Assembly: GCA_965262115.1 (NCBI GenBank)
Contig: OZ253496.1
Span: 1,120,001-1,184,000, forward strand
Origin: Nitrospinales bacterium
Lineage (GTDB): Bacteria > Nitrospinota > Nitrospinia > Nitrospinales > VA-1
Length of the DNA: 64,000 nt
Direction: 5' to 3'
Part shown: positions 10,842 to 20,864 of the stretch, one piece after another
Layout: every line of letters starts with the position of its first letter
Numbering within the stretch: the first letter of the stretch is position 1
The notes under the pieces: model-generated
Told to the model about the DNA's origin: nothing
The model's database searches: none
Seen by the model: only the letters and a program-made list of their open reading frames with translations
Made by a program: the position numbers and the translations under genes

Positions 10842-11689
10842 TTATGAATCTAGATCACATTTTGTCTTCCTTGGTTTACTTGGCCGCCTGTTTTGTTGTC
10901 TTTGTAGCCGGACACCTGGTGTTTAATCTTTTCCGGCGGAACTATGACGTCAAAAATGAACTGTTGGAAAAAGACAATGCGGCGTTCGCCCTGGTGCTGT
11001 GTGGTTATTATCTGGGATTAACATTCTCCATCGGCGGAGTGATCGCCGGGCCATCCGCCGGGATGGAAAGTGACTTGATCGATATTCTGATTTACGGGCC
11101 TTTGGCGATTTTATTGCTCAACCTCTCGGCTTTGATCAACGACCGCTTCATTCTTTCCGAGTTCGATATTCGCAAGGAAATTTTGCAGGACCAAAATTGC
11201 GGCACAGGCGTAGTCGAGTTCGCCGTTTTTGTTGCGACTGGACTCAATATCTTCGGAGCGCTATACGGTCAGGGTGGGTCAATTTTTACCGCTATTGCTT
11301 TCTGGGCTTTGGGGCAGACCGTTCTCGTCCTTGTTGGCAAGTATTATAACCTCATCACAAAATATAATATTCACGAGCATATTGAAAAAGACAATGTTGC
11401 CGTGGGTATCGGCTTTGCCGGAGCTCTGATAGGCATCGGAAACCTGCTACGTGCAGCTTCCGCCGAGCATTTTATTTCCTGGGAGGCCAACTTAACGACC
11501 TTTGGCCTTTACATGGTAGTGGGGCTCATTCTGCTTCCCGTTGCGCGCCTTCTCACAGACCGCATTCTTTTACCTGGACGCAGCTTGGCCGACGAGTTGG
11601 TCAACCAGATGAAACCCAATCAAGGCGCGGCTTTCTTGGAAGCCTCCTCCTACATCGGCGCCTCTTTCCTGATCACTTGGTGCATTTAA
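10838..11689 (+). CDS. DUF350 membrane protein (tandem repeats)
   Basis: Repeated E(L/I)xxxN(A/V)A(F/V/G) motifs (ELLEKDNAAFA, EHIEKDNVAVG) with many TM segments. Confidence 0.88.
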   Translation: MIMNLDHILSSLVYLAACFVVFVAGHLVFNLFRRNYDVKNELLEKDNAAFALVLCGYYLGLTFSIGGVIAGPSAGMESDLIDILIYGPLAILLLNLSALINDRFILSEFDIRKEILQDQNCGTGVVEFAVFVATGLNIFGALYGQGGSIFTAIAFWALGQTVLVLVGKYYNLITKYNIHEHIEKDNVAVGIGFAGALIGIGNLLRAASAEHFISWEANLTTFGLYMVVGLILLPVARLLTDRILLPGRSLADELVNQMKPNQGAAFLEASSYIGASFLITWCI

Positions 11690-11717
11690 AGCTGGGTCTT
11701 TTTAGTCACTGTTAATC

Positions 11718-13295
11718 ATGTCGACACCCGCCATAGATAACTCCGGTAAATCCAAGCTCCGCCGTTTGAGTTTTATTTTGAAAATCTGCGTCTTTACAAC
11801 CGGATGCGCGGCGATGGTGACCGAATACACATTAGCCACCCTGGCCAGCTACCTTTTAGGCGATTCCATTCGGCAATGGACAATAGTGATCTCCCTCATG
11901 TTGTTTTCCATGGGGCTGGGAAGCCGGTATAGCCGTAAATTTGAGGCACAACTACTGGACCGCTTTGTGCTGATCGAATCCGGCCTGTCGTTCCTGTGTA
12001 CGTTTTCCGCCATGTTCTGTTTTTGGATTTCGGCTTACACGATGCATTTCGGGCTTGTGGTATATGCCATTGCCTGCATGATCGGGTTTATGACCGGACT
12101 CGAGATTCCGTTGATCACGCGGATCAATCAGTCCTTTGAATCGTTACGGGAAAATATATCCTCGGTCATGGAATACGATTACTACGGCGGTTTGTTAGGC
12201 GGTGCCTTGTTTGCCTTTGTTCTGCTGCCATTTCTTGGGCTGACTTATACGCCTGTCCTCATTGGCAGCCTCAACCTACTGGTGGCTTCACTTATACTCT
12301 GGTACTTCCCAGATCGCTTGGCGCGGCCACGCATCCTCAATATCCAATTTGCAGCTTTGTTTATGACTGCGATCCTGGCCTTTGCGGTCGCCAAACCCAT
12401 TATCCTATACGGCGAACAGCACAAGTATAAGGATAAAATCGTTTACCAGGAACAAACCCGGTATCAGAAAATTGTCGTCACTCAATGGAAAGACGATTAT
12501 TGGCTTTTTATAAATGGGAGCACCCAATTCAGCACCTACGACGAGGAAAGATATCATGAACCCCTGGTACACCCCTTGATGGGGTTGATTAAGGAACGCA
12601 AGGATATCTTGCTCCTGGGAGGGGGAGATGGGTTTGCCGCCAGGGAAATCCTCAAATATCCCGATATGGAAAATCTCACCCTGGTCGATCTTGATCCGGC
12701 CATGACCCGGCTGGCCCGGCAGGATAAGATTTTTCTTGGTATCAATCAGGGCTCGCTCAACGACCCTCGCGTCCGTGTGGTCAATCAAGACGCCTATCAA
12801 TTCATAAAAAACTCCGGCAATCTGTACGATGCCGTTATCGTCGATCTTCCCGATCCTAAATCGGTTTCGTTGTCGCTCCTTTATTCGCTGGGGTTTTACA
12901 AGATGGTTGAGAAGCATCTAAAACCTTTTGGCGCCATGGTCACGCAAAGTACAAGCCCGTTGTATTCTCCCGAAGCGTTTCTTTGCATTAAAAAAACCAT
13001 GGAGGCCGCAGGCTTCTCGACCATCCCTTACCAGAATTCCGTGCCCAGCATGGGCCAGTGGGGATGGGTCCTTGGAGTCAGACAGAAAACGATGCCTGCA
13101 CAGCGCCTCAAACAAGAACTTTTGATGGTGGGATTCGCGGACATCGAGACCCGTTTTTTAAACCAGGGTGCTATGATCTCGATGGCGCATTTCGGCAAGG
13201 GGTTGTTTGAAAAAGAGGCCCAAATCGAACCCAACACCCAATTTGATCACAATATCTTGAAGTATTACCGGCAGGGCAATTGGGATGTGTATTGA
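11718..13295 (+). CDS. speE: Membrane-anchored polyamine aminopropyltransferase (spermidine synthase)
   Basis: N-terminal multi-TM region; DEERYHEPLVHP, LLGGGDG, LVDLDP and VDLPDP motifs. Confidence 0.9.
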   Translation: MSTPAIDNSGKSKLRRLSFILKICVFTTGCAAMVTEYTLATLASYLLGDSIRQWTIVISLMLFSMGLGSRYSRKFEAQLLDRFVLIESGLSFLCTFSAMFCFWISAYTMHFGLVVYAIACMIGFMTGLEIPLITRINQSFESLRENISSVMEYDYYGGLLGGALFAFVLLPFLGLTYTPVLIGSLNLLVASLILWYFPDRLARPRILNIQFAALFMTAILAFAVAKPIILYGEQHKYKDKIVYQEQTRYQKIVVTQWKDDYWLFINGSTQFSTYDEERYHEPLVHPLMGLIKERKDILLLGGGDGFAAREILKYPDMENLTLVDLDPAMTRLARQDKIFLGINQGSLNDPRVRVVNQDAYQFIKNSGNLYDAVIVDLPDPKSVSLSLLYSLGFYKMVEKHLKPFGAMVTQSTSPLYSPEAFLCIKKTMEAAGFSTIPYQNSVPSMGQWGWVLGVRQKTMPAQRLKQELLMVGFADIETRFLNQGAMISMAHFGKGLFEKEAQIEPNTQFDHNILKYYRQGNWDVY

Positions 13296-13319
13296 GGATG
13301 TAATTTAAACATTGAGCCC

Positions 13320-13874
13320 CTATAATTCACCCGGTAGGATATTGGTGAATTGATATTCCTCGACCTTGAATCCGACTTGCATGTCGAATTTGGTCTCGCC
13401 CCATTGTTCGATGGTGAGGAATTGTTCTTCCGCCTCATCTTCGTAATCCCAGGAGACAAAACTCAGGGCTTCCCCCGATCCGCCGCGAAAAAACTCGCCG
13501 ATATCGTCTTCCTCGAAAGTGAATTGTTTCCCCTGAAACACGACCGCCTCTGGCGGGTCTTCGTTGCGCTCGATTTCACCTGCAATGTCGCCTTCCAACT
13601 CCGAGATGGGGAGTTTACGGCACATGCTCCATTCGACTTCGCCATCTTCCTGGGTGCGCTCCAAAAACCAGGTTTCGTCGCCGGCCTTTAGTTCCCATTC
13701 GTCTGTGACACCGCCTTCGTTCCACTGGTATTTGTTGTATCCGGCGACACAGTAGGTTTGCATATCGTAATCGACCATGAAACCTGTTTTGAGTTTGGAG
13801 AGCACCAGATCTTCAATACGGAATTCTTTTTTGCCAAGCTCTTCTTTTTTCTTTTTGAAAAAATCAAAGACCAT
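13320..13874 (-). CDS. DUF4178 domain protein
   Basis: Acidic beta-rich protein (WDYEDE...LTIEQW) directly downstream of PspA. Confidence 0.75.
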   Translation of the reverse strand: MVFDFFKKKKEELGKKEFRIEDLVLSKLKTGFMVDYDMQTYCVAGYNKYQWNEGGVTDEWELKAGDETWFLERTQEDGEVEWSMCRKLPISELEGDIAGEIERNEDPPEAVVFQGKQFTFEEDDIGEFFRGGSGEALSFVSWDYEDEAEEQFLTIEQWGETKFDMQVGFKVEEYQFTNILPGEL

Positions 13875-13876
13875 GA

Positions 13877-14587
13877 TTATTTGAGCTTCATTTTAGCTTT
13901 AAGGGCGGCAAGGCTGTCAGAGGCTCCTGGCATGGACGAACCTTCACCCAGGGCTTTATTGATCTCATCATCAATGCTCTGTCCCGAATCGGCCATCTCA
14001 CCGTAGGCTTTAGACAAAGATTCGTCTTCCTCGACTTTGTCGCGCATTTTTTCAAGCATGACTATGGTGCTATCGGACCCGACTCTAGCAATTTGCGCAT
14101 TCAGCTTTCGCGTGGCAGCGGCGGTTTTGGCACGAGCACGCAGGGTGACCAGATCATTTTCGTAACGCTGAACGGTAGTGCGTAGTTTGTCCACGTTGCG
14201 TTGTAATTGAAGAACCATGCTTTCCTGGGAGGTCACCTCCTTGCTGAGCCGTAAGGCTTCTTTTGCTGCATCTTCTTTGCGCGAGAGAACCTCGGTTGCC
14301 AGCCTCTCAGCTTCAGACATTTCCAGTGATCCCTGCTCGGCTTTTTGCAACAGAGCCATAGCCTTACTTTCGTAATCTGCCGCAAGCTTCTTTTTGTTTT
14401 CCGCATCGTTTCTCATACGGATCACAATGCTTTTAACTTGCGCCAGGCTTTTCATGGATTCTTCCAAATCCTTTTTAAGTTCACGAATGCCCTGCTCAGT
14501 CATTTTGATAGGGTCTTCGAACTTGTCCACCGCAGAATGCGCCTCGGCCTTGCCCAGCCGCAGTATTCTTGTAAATAATCCGGTCAT
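13877..14587 (-). CDS. pspA: PspA/IM30 family protein
   Basis: GLFTRI...EDPIKMTEQ.IRE N-terminus, long coiled coil, LAALKAKM C-terminus. Confidence 0.92.
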   Translation of the reverse strand: MTGLFTRILRLGKAEAHSAVDKFEDPIKMTEQGIRELKKDLEESMKSLAQVKSIVIRMRNDAENKKKLAADYESKAMALLQKAEQGSLEMSEAERLATEVLSRKEDAAKEALRLSKEVTSQESMVLQLQRNVDKLRTTVQRYENDLVTLRARAKTAAATRKLNAQIARVGSDSTIVMLEKMRDKVEEDESLSKAYGEMADSGQSIDDEINKALGEGSSMPGASDSLAALKAKMKLK

Positions 14588-14616
14588 TTTTTATCTCTCC
14601 ATTACAAAATTTATGT

Positions 14617-15009
14617 TTACCCGCGCACGAATGAAACCAGTTCGCTTGCATATTCTGCCAGCGCTAAACTCAATGCATCTATGCTTCCTTCCAATTCATT
14701 GCGGTCCAGGTTTTCTAATTGCAGGGTATCCCGGAATAATAGTGTTGTGCCTTCTTCGTCGAGAACAAAAGCACCGTGAACCAAAGTGCGATTGATTTGC
14801 AGAAGACGCTTGTAGAAGTCGGAAGAATCCTGAGGCATGGGGATGATGACTTGCTCAAGAATCAGGATAGGGGCTTCGCAATCAATCACGAGATTTTTGA
14901 TTCCTCGTTCATCATCATCTATAACCACCAACTCTTCCTTAGGGTCCTCATGGCTTATGGCAAACCCCATATCAAGTATAAAATCTTTCATTTTCTCAAA
15001 TTTGGACAT
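14617..15009 (-). CDS. CesT/Tir-chaperone (YbjN-like) protein
   Basis: LLQINRTLVHGAFVLDE...LFRDTLQLENLD motif, adjacent to PspA. Confidence 0.8.
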   Translation of the reverse strand: MSKFEKMKDFILDMGFAISHEDPKEELVVIDDDERGIKNLVIDCEAPILILEQVIIPMPQDSSDFYKRLLQINRTLVHGAFVLDEEGTTLLFRDTLQLENLDRNELEGSIDALSLALAEYASELVSFVRG

Positions 15010-15021
15010 TATTTTCTCCTC

Positions 15022-15372
15022 TTACTTTTTTTTAAATGCTGAATCCAGAGTGCGATACTCCTGAGTCAATTGGCGGGTGAGTTCCTCGGCAATCTGTTTT
15101 TTCTTCGGATCAGAGCAATGAAGATCCGGGTGGTATTTTTTCATCTGCGTTTTCCATGCATTTTTTATCGTTGCCCGATCAGAGCCAACAGGTATTTCCA
15201 GGTTGGCGTAGTATTTCGCTAAGGGATCAAGAGCCGAATAAGAACTTGTATCTTTCTGATGGTCATTGAAAAGTTCAGGCTCTGGTGATGGGGTATCCAT
15301 TTTAGCCGATTTGTTTTTCTGTACCAAATCGCTCAATTCGGCTCGCGCAATATTGAAAAGACGCTTAATCAT
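15022..15372 (-). CDS. J-domain (DnaJ) protein
   Basis: YYANLE...IKNAWK...KKYHPD J-domain with HPD. Confidence 0.85.
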   Translation of the reverse strand: MIKRLFNIARAELSDLVQKNKSAKMDTPSPEPELFNDHQKDTSSYSALDPLAKYYANLEIPVGSDRATIKNAWKTQMKKYHPDLHCSDPKKKQIAEELTRQLTQEYRTLDSAFKKK

Positions 15373-15908
15373 GTTGCCGTCGATAAAACCGGTAAACTAA
15401 TAGTGGTCCGGCTAATAGTGGAAATGTCACTTTCGGGATAAGTATGAACAGTGTAAAAGGTATTTGTATCAGAATTCAATGCCAAACCGGTAAAAGGCAG
15501 TGGCTTTCCTGAGAAACCCGGCACGCCGGGGAATTCATGAGTCAGTACCTGTGGCGGGGAAATCCCGTCTAACGAATTTAAAAATTTATCCATGTCATCA
15601 TACAGGTGGGCGACCTGTTCGACGCTGACCCGGTATGCAAGTTTGCCAGATCGATATTCCCGGTCATGCACGGCATCCGGTTGAATGCATACCTTCTCCA
15701 AGCCGTTCTCGGGTAATTTAGGGTCAAAGCAGGTAATGAATTCGGTAATACAGTTTTTTTCCAGGCGGCTTATCACTCGATGGCTTTTCCCAATGATACT
15801 GACTTCAAGAGACACTCCATTGTCGAGAACCCATTGAGTGCTTTGGAAGACACGCACACTGTAATCGGGTACCTGTTCGTACAGGCTGAAGTAAATCGGC
15901 TCTATCAT
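15369..15908 (-). CDS. DUF2617 family protein
   Basis: IIGKSH, HEFPG and TVHTYPE...SRT motifs; polyamine-operon context. Confidence 0.7.
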   Translation of the reverse strand: MIEPIYFSLYEQVPDYSVRVFQSTQWVLDNGVSLEVSIIGKSHRVISRLEKNCITEFITCFDPKLPENGLEKVCIQPDAVHDREYRSGKLAYRVSVEQVAHLYDDMDKFLNSLDGISPPQVLTHEFPGVPGFSGKPLPFTGLALNSDTNTFYTVHTYPESDISTISRTTISLPVLSTAT

Positions 15909-15995
15909 AGTTTGGAGATAGTTTCAGGCATCGTTCGGTGGTAACATCTGTTTCAGACAATAAAATCCTATCATGTTTTACCTTAAAAATATAAC

Positions 15996-16193
15996 TTGAA
16001 TGAAAATAACATTTTGAACCTTAAAATCCTTCTCCTACTATGCGGTCTGGCGGTGGCGCTGTATTTTTTATGGCCGATCCTTGTAATGGGGATTAAGATG
16101 TATATTTACCAGTTGATGATAGAATACGGATTCTATGTTCTTTTTCTCCTGGGAGGAACTGGTTTCTATTTCTGGCGGCGGCTTAAAGGCTAA
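15996..16193 (+). CDS. Small membrane protein
   Basis: Two hydrophobic helices and a basic C-terminus. Confidence 0.45.
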   Translation: MNENNILNLKILLLLCGLAVALYFLWPILVMGIKMYIYQLMIEYGFYVLFLLGGTGFYFWRRLKG

Positions 16194-16271
16194 CCGATTT
16201 AAAGGGAATATTGTGCGCAGTAAAAGGGTTTTTGCAGGGTGTAGAACGGAGATTTTGTCTACGGAGATGAA

Positions 16272-16526
16272 TTGATGCCAAGTGAAATCTGTAAATCGTG
16301 CGGCAAGCCGATGGTTTCCAAATTTCAGATGAATGCGCAGGTGGATGGAGTGGAGTTGCCCGTGCATTCACCTCTTGAAAGCAATATAGGCTATTGGCAT
16401 TGTGAACCTTGCGATGTCTATGTTTTTCGCGCTGAATACGTTGCAGGAAAGTCAAAATTGTTCCATAAGCGAATCAATATGGCTGTGGAAGGTTTGATGA
16501 AAAAGCAGTGGCAATTTTGGAAATGA
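16272..16526 (+). CDS. Small putative Zn-ribbon protein
   Basis: CKSC...HCEPC; GGAG RBS upstream. Confidence 0.55.
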   Translation: MMPSEICKSCGKPMVSKFQMNAQVDGVELPVHSPLESNIGYWHCEPCDVYVFRAEYVAGKSKLFHKRINMAVEGLMKKQWQFWK

Positions 16527-16615
16527 TGAGGCCATCATTTATCAATATAGCCATGTTAGGTATGAGGAAAGATTGAAAAGAGGCTGATGGCGTAAGCCAT
16601 TACCCATTGATAAAT

Positions 16616-16691
<76 letters not shown>

Positions 16692-16748
16692 TCACTATTC
16701 GTCTGGATGGAAATACCGGGCCATTCTACCTAATCTGGTTCGATCTGG

Positions 16749-17078
16749 CTAGCCAAATATCCGTACCAACGCATGGTACTGCATCGCACTGATCGTTGCC
16801 GACAATCCACCCGCGATCAACGACAAAAATAAGAATTGATAGGCCTTGTCTTTATCTTCACGCATTTCCACGATATCGATCAGGAACGATATGAAGAGCA
16901 GCCCCAAAAATATCACCTTGGCCACATCCGGGAGAATGGATTCTGCCGCTTGCGCCGCCCCAGCCTGGAGGACCACCGCGCGCTCCTGAAAAATCCCGAT
17001 GCCATAGAGCCCCATCAGCATAAATGCCCAGACCTGCCGCAGGAGTATTTTTGTCTCATCCAGATTGATGCCAGCCAC
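16749..17078 (-). CDS. Hypothetical 3-TM membrane protein
   Basis: Three hydrophobic segments; GAGG RBS before the GTG start. Confidence 0.6.
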   Translation of the reverse strand: MAGINLDETKILLRQVWAFMLMGLYGIGIFQERAVVLQAGAAQAAESILPDVAKVIFLGLLFISFLIDIVEMREDKDKAYQFLFLSLIAGGLSATISAMQYHALVRIFG

Positions 17079-17343
17079 AAAACCTCTTAGAAATCAGTAT
17101 TAAAAATGTTTGCACCCTCTGTAAGCAGGGATCATCTAATAAGGTACCTTAATAGACATAGCCAATAAGGGGTGACTTCCAACGGGTTTGCGGTCGTTTT
17201 CCCCAGCTTCAGCTATGCTATAATTGCACCCGTTTCCAACGTCTTTTAAAGAACATGTTCACGGCCCCCGGTTTTGGGGTTGTTCGGATAGTATAGGAAA
17301 GCACTTTCATTAATTATAATCTTTTTTGAGAAGGAAGCAGATT

Positions 17344-17979
17344 ATGGCTATAAGATTAGGAGATACCGCACCGGATTTCACAGCAGAAACCACCGAGGGC
17401 ACCATTGAGCTGCATAAATACCTGGGCGACGGCTGGGGGGTTTTGTTTTCCCATCCCAAAGACTACACCCCGGTTTGTACTACGGAACTGGGCCGGGTGG
17501 CCAATCTGAAAAGTGAATTTGACAAACGCAATGTCAAGGTTCTTGCCTTGAGCGTAGACCCTGTGGATTCGCACAAGGGATGGATCAATGACATTAACGA
17601 GACACAAGGTTGCACGGTGAATTACCCCATCATTGCCGACCCGGATAAAAAAATCGCTGAACTGTATGACATGATTCATCCGAATGCACTGAACAACCTG
17701 ACCGTTCGATCTGTATTCATCATCGGGCCTGACAAAAAAGTCAAGTTGACGATCACCTACCCCGCTTCAACGGGTAGAAACTTTGCTGAGATTCTGCGTG
17801 TTATCGATTCACTGCAACTCACCGCCAATTATCAGGTCGCCACACCGGTCGACTGGAAACATGGCGATGACTGCGTGGTCGTTCCCGCAATCAAGACGGA
17901 AGATATTCCCGCAAAGTTCCCCAAGGGACACAAAGTGATCAAACCCTATTTGCGCACCACACCGCAACCTGACCTGTAG
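17344..17979 (+). CDS. 1-Cys peroxiredoxin (Prx6)
   Basis: FSHPKDYTPVCTTE and YPASTGRNF motifs. Confidence 0.95.
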   Translation: MAIRLGDTAPDFTAETTEGTIELHKYLGDGWGVLFSHPKDYTPVCTTELGRVANLKSEFDKRNVKVLALSVDPVDSHKGWINDINETQGCTVNYPIIADPDKKIAELYDMIHPNALNNLTVRSVFIIGPDKKVKLTITYPASTGRNFAEILRVIDSLQLTANYQVATPVDWKHGDDCVVVPAIKTEDIPAKFPKGHKVIKPYLRTTPQPDL

Positions 17980-18000
17980 ACGGTTTTGATTTCCAGCATG

Positions 18001-18030
18001 GCCGGGCAGAAATGCCCGGCTTTGTTTTTT
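18001..18030 (+). terminator. Rho-independent terminator
   Basis: GCCGGGCA-gaaa-TGCCCGGC followed by a T-rich tail. Confidence 0.75.
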
Positions 18031-18035
18031 ATGCC

Positions 18036-18926
18036 ATGAGCAATCAAAAGGCCTTGGGCCAAATTTCATACTTGATCCAATTGTTGACCGACCGGGACGA
18101 ATTCGTCCGGGAAAAGGTTCGCCTGCAGTTGATCGAACTGGGGGAAGACACCTTACCCTTTCTGGAAATGGCGGCCCGCAGCGAAGATGCCCCTCTCCGA
18201 GTTCAGGCGCAGGAAGTGATCCGCGCGATTTTTCCAAAAAAGCTGGGGGAAAAGTTCCGGCAATTGACACAAAAAGGACTGGGTCGGGATGTCAACCTGG
18301 AAACAGGAATGCTGTTGATCATGGAATTTGGTTATCCTGATTTTGATCCTGAAGCCTGCAGGGAAAACCTTGATTCCCTGGCACACCAGCTGGAGCAGAA
18401 CCTCGCTCCAGATACTAATCCTTCCCAAACCATTTCCGCATTGACCCGCCTACTTTTCCAACAGGAAAATTTCAGGGGCAACCAGAAAAATTATCTGGAT
18501 CCGGACAACAGTTATCTCAACAAGGTTCTGGAACATAAAACTGGTTTACCCATCACCCTTTCAGCCCTCTGTGTACTGGTTGCGGACCGACTGGGTTTGC
18601 CAATCGTTGGCGTGGGCCTTCCGGGCCATTACATTGCAAAATACAATCTTCCGCAAAACGCGATTTATTTCGATCCGTTCCATCAGGGCCGCCTGCTGAC
18701 CCGCGCGGACTGTATTCAAATTGTTGAACAATTTGGCCAACCTTTTGAAGAACATTTCCTGTCTCAGTCCACGCACCGGGAAACGCTGATCCGAATGATG
18801 AATAATCTGGTTCAGGTGTATCAGAGCTCTAATGAGCCGGAAAAAGCCGCGACCTTATCGGGGTATATCAAGATTCTGTTGAATCCTTCTAAAAATCCCT
18901 TTTCAGAAAACACCCAGGGAATATAA
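18036..18926 (+). CDS. SirB1/transglutaminase-like protein with N-terminal HEAT repeat
   Basis: FRGNQKNYLDPDNSYLNKVL...GLPITLS...GVGLPGH...FDPF. Confidence 0.88.
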   Translation: MSNQKALGQISYLIQLLTDRDEFVREKVRLQLIELGEDTLPFLEMAARSEDAPLRVQAQEVIRAIFPKKLGEKFRQLTQKGLGRDVNLETGMLLIMEFGYPDFDPEACRENLDSLAHQLEQNLAPDTNPSQTISALTRLLFQQENFRGNQKNYLDPDNSYLNKVLEHKTGLPITLSALCVLVADRLGLPIVGVGLPGHYIAKYNLPQNAIYFDPFHQGRLLTRADCIQIVEQFGQPFEEHFLSQSTHRETLIRMMNNLVQVYQSSNEPEKAATLSGYIKILLNPSKNPFSENTQGI

Positions 18927-19664
18927 ATGCATATTGTTATTTCAGGAGCCGGTTCGGGGATCGGCAGAAGTATTGCTGAAACTCTGGCAGAGCGTGGATA
19001 CTCTCTTATTCTGTTAGGACGCAATCTGGAAAATCTGGAAACCACAAAAAGTTTATTGAAAAACTCCGGACAGCACCAATGCCACACCTGTGATATCAGA
19101 AACTCCGGAGAAATCAGAAAGGCCCTGGCAAATGTTTCTTCTCTATATGCACTCGTCGCCAACGCCGGTATTGGAGGTGAAAACCAATATGCAGACCAGG
19201 ATCGCTGGCAAGAAATTGTTGACACCAACCTGACCGGAACTTATCAGACCATTCAGGAATGCCTTCCCTTTATTAAAAAGGATTCCGCACCGTTCAAAAA
19301 AATTATTATCATCTCATCCATTCTGGCAAGGTTAGGGGTTCCGGGCTATTCCGCGTCTAAAGCGGGGTTGCTGGGGCTCACCCGATCTCTGGCAGCAGAG
19401 TACAGCGGCGATAGAATTCTGGTGAATGCCTTGTGTCCTGGTTGGGTCGATACCGAAATGGCGCAGGAAGGCTTAGAGGGATTTGCCGACGCATTGAAGG
19501 TTTCCAAAGATGAGGCCTATAAAGAAGCTATGAAGCAGGTGCCATTGGGCAAGATGTCCAAACCCGAATAAGTCGCCCAACTGGTTGCCTATCTGGTTTC
19601 TGCAGAACAAACTTCCTTCACTGGGCAAACTCTAGACATAAACAACGGCGCCCTCATGCCCTAA
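18927..19664 (+). pseudogene. SDR oxidoreductase with premature TAA
   Basis: GAGSGIG, ANAG, YSASK. KPE*VAQLVAYLVS...FTGQTLDINNG continues in frame past TAA 19569-19571. Confidence 0.82.
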
Positions 19665-19727
19665 ATACCTCAAAGCCAAATAACCCCTCCCCTAAGAAAA
19701 CAATTTCTTACCCATCTTCCTTAAACG

Positions 19728-20255
19728 CTACAGACTCCTCAGGCGAGGATTGTTTTGATCCTTTTCAGAGAGAACGGGATCTGATATCGGCCAGTCAATC
19801 CCAATATCTGGATCGTTCCAGATAATTCCTTTTTCTTTTTCTGCTGAATAGTATTCAGAAACTTTATACAAAAACTCCGCCGTATTACTGAGCACACAAA
19901 ACCCGTGGGCAAAGCCTGCCGGGATATAAAGCTGAAGATAGCTGACCTCCGACAAAATAAAACTCTGCCATTTGCCAAAAGTGGCAGAGCTTTTTCTGAT
20001 ATCCACGACCACATCAAACACTTCACCTTTAACCACTCTGACCAGCTTGGCCTGTTCAGGGTCAACGCGATAGTGGAGCCCCCTTAAAACATTTTTATTG
20101 GAGAGAGATTGGTTATCCTGAACGAATTCTTCCTGGATTCCCAACGCGCGGTATTTTTCCTTTTCATAACTCTCAAAAAACCGCCCCCGGGAATCAAGGT
20201 GAACAGCGGGCTCAATGAGCAAAACCCCTTCAAGTTCAATTTGGTGGGCTTTCAA
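19728..20255 (-). CDS. rfbC: dTDP-4-dehydrorhamnose 3,5-epimerase
   Basis: DSRGRFFE, QDNQS, LRGLH, GFAHGF and WNDPDIGIDWP motifs. Confidence 0.95.
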   Translation of the reverse strand: MKAHQIELEGVLLIEPAVHLDSRGRFFESYEKEKYRALGIQEEFVQDNQSLSNKNVLRGLHYRVDPEQAKLVRVVKGEVFDVVVDIRKSSATFGKWQSFILSEVSYLQLYIPAGFAHGFCVLSNTAEFLYKVSEYYSAEKEKGIIWNDPDIGIDWPISDPVLSEKDQNNPRLRSL

Positions 20256-20398
20256 AATTTCTCCTGTACAAAAAGTTACCCCTTGGCAGGGAAGGCCGGT
20301 TGCAAGAGATCACCAAGCCGAGACAAATCTTTGCCAGCCCAATAAAACCATTGCTCTTTACCACCGGGCGTTGCCCGGCGCCGAGTGGCCCCTTAGCA

Positions 20399-20569
20399 GG
20401 AGAGCTTTGCATAACCCAAGATTCTTCGTTGCAATAGCTCCTCAGAATGACAAAATGGCCCAGTATTGTCATGCTGAGCTAGTGAATATTCGACCTTTGC
20501 CTTCTTGCCCCGTAGGGGTATCTCGAAGCATCTCGATTCTTCGATTTTTTGACTTATGCAAAGGTCTCC
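20399..20569. mobile_element. MITE with IS5-like terminal inverted repeats (copy 1)
   Basis: GGAGAGCTTTGCATAA ... TTATGCAAAGGTCTCC, flanked by the direct repeat CTTAGCA; homologous to 57323-57529. Confidence 0.75.
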
Positions 20570-20647
20570 CTTAGCAGGGGAAGCAAAAAGAACTTGCCTC
20601 ATTAGCCGTCAATAATTCCCGCCTGCCAGCAAACTTTATTGCACGCT

Positions 20648-20763
20648 GGCCCCACGCCGAGTGGGCGGAGAACCTCCGCAGGTAACTGGTAATAGCGGTT
20701 AAATGCGCTCTGAAAGTGTGGGGTAGCTATAGAATGTTTGCTCGTTGGCCCCACGCCTAGTGG
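20648..20763. repeat. Two copies of a dispersed 17-mer GGCCCCACGCC(G/T/A)AGTGG
   Basis: 20648-20664 and 20747-20763; further copies at 43357, 59667 (inverted) and 59723. Confidence 0.7.
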
Positions 20764-20864
20764 ATTATATAACGCAATTCAGGGCTTAGCAAACAACATT
20801 GAAGATGGGAAACGCCTCTGTTAATATCAGGTTTTACCTTGAAACCTTTTAAGCAAAGCTTCGA

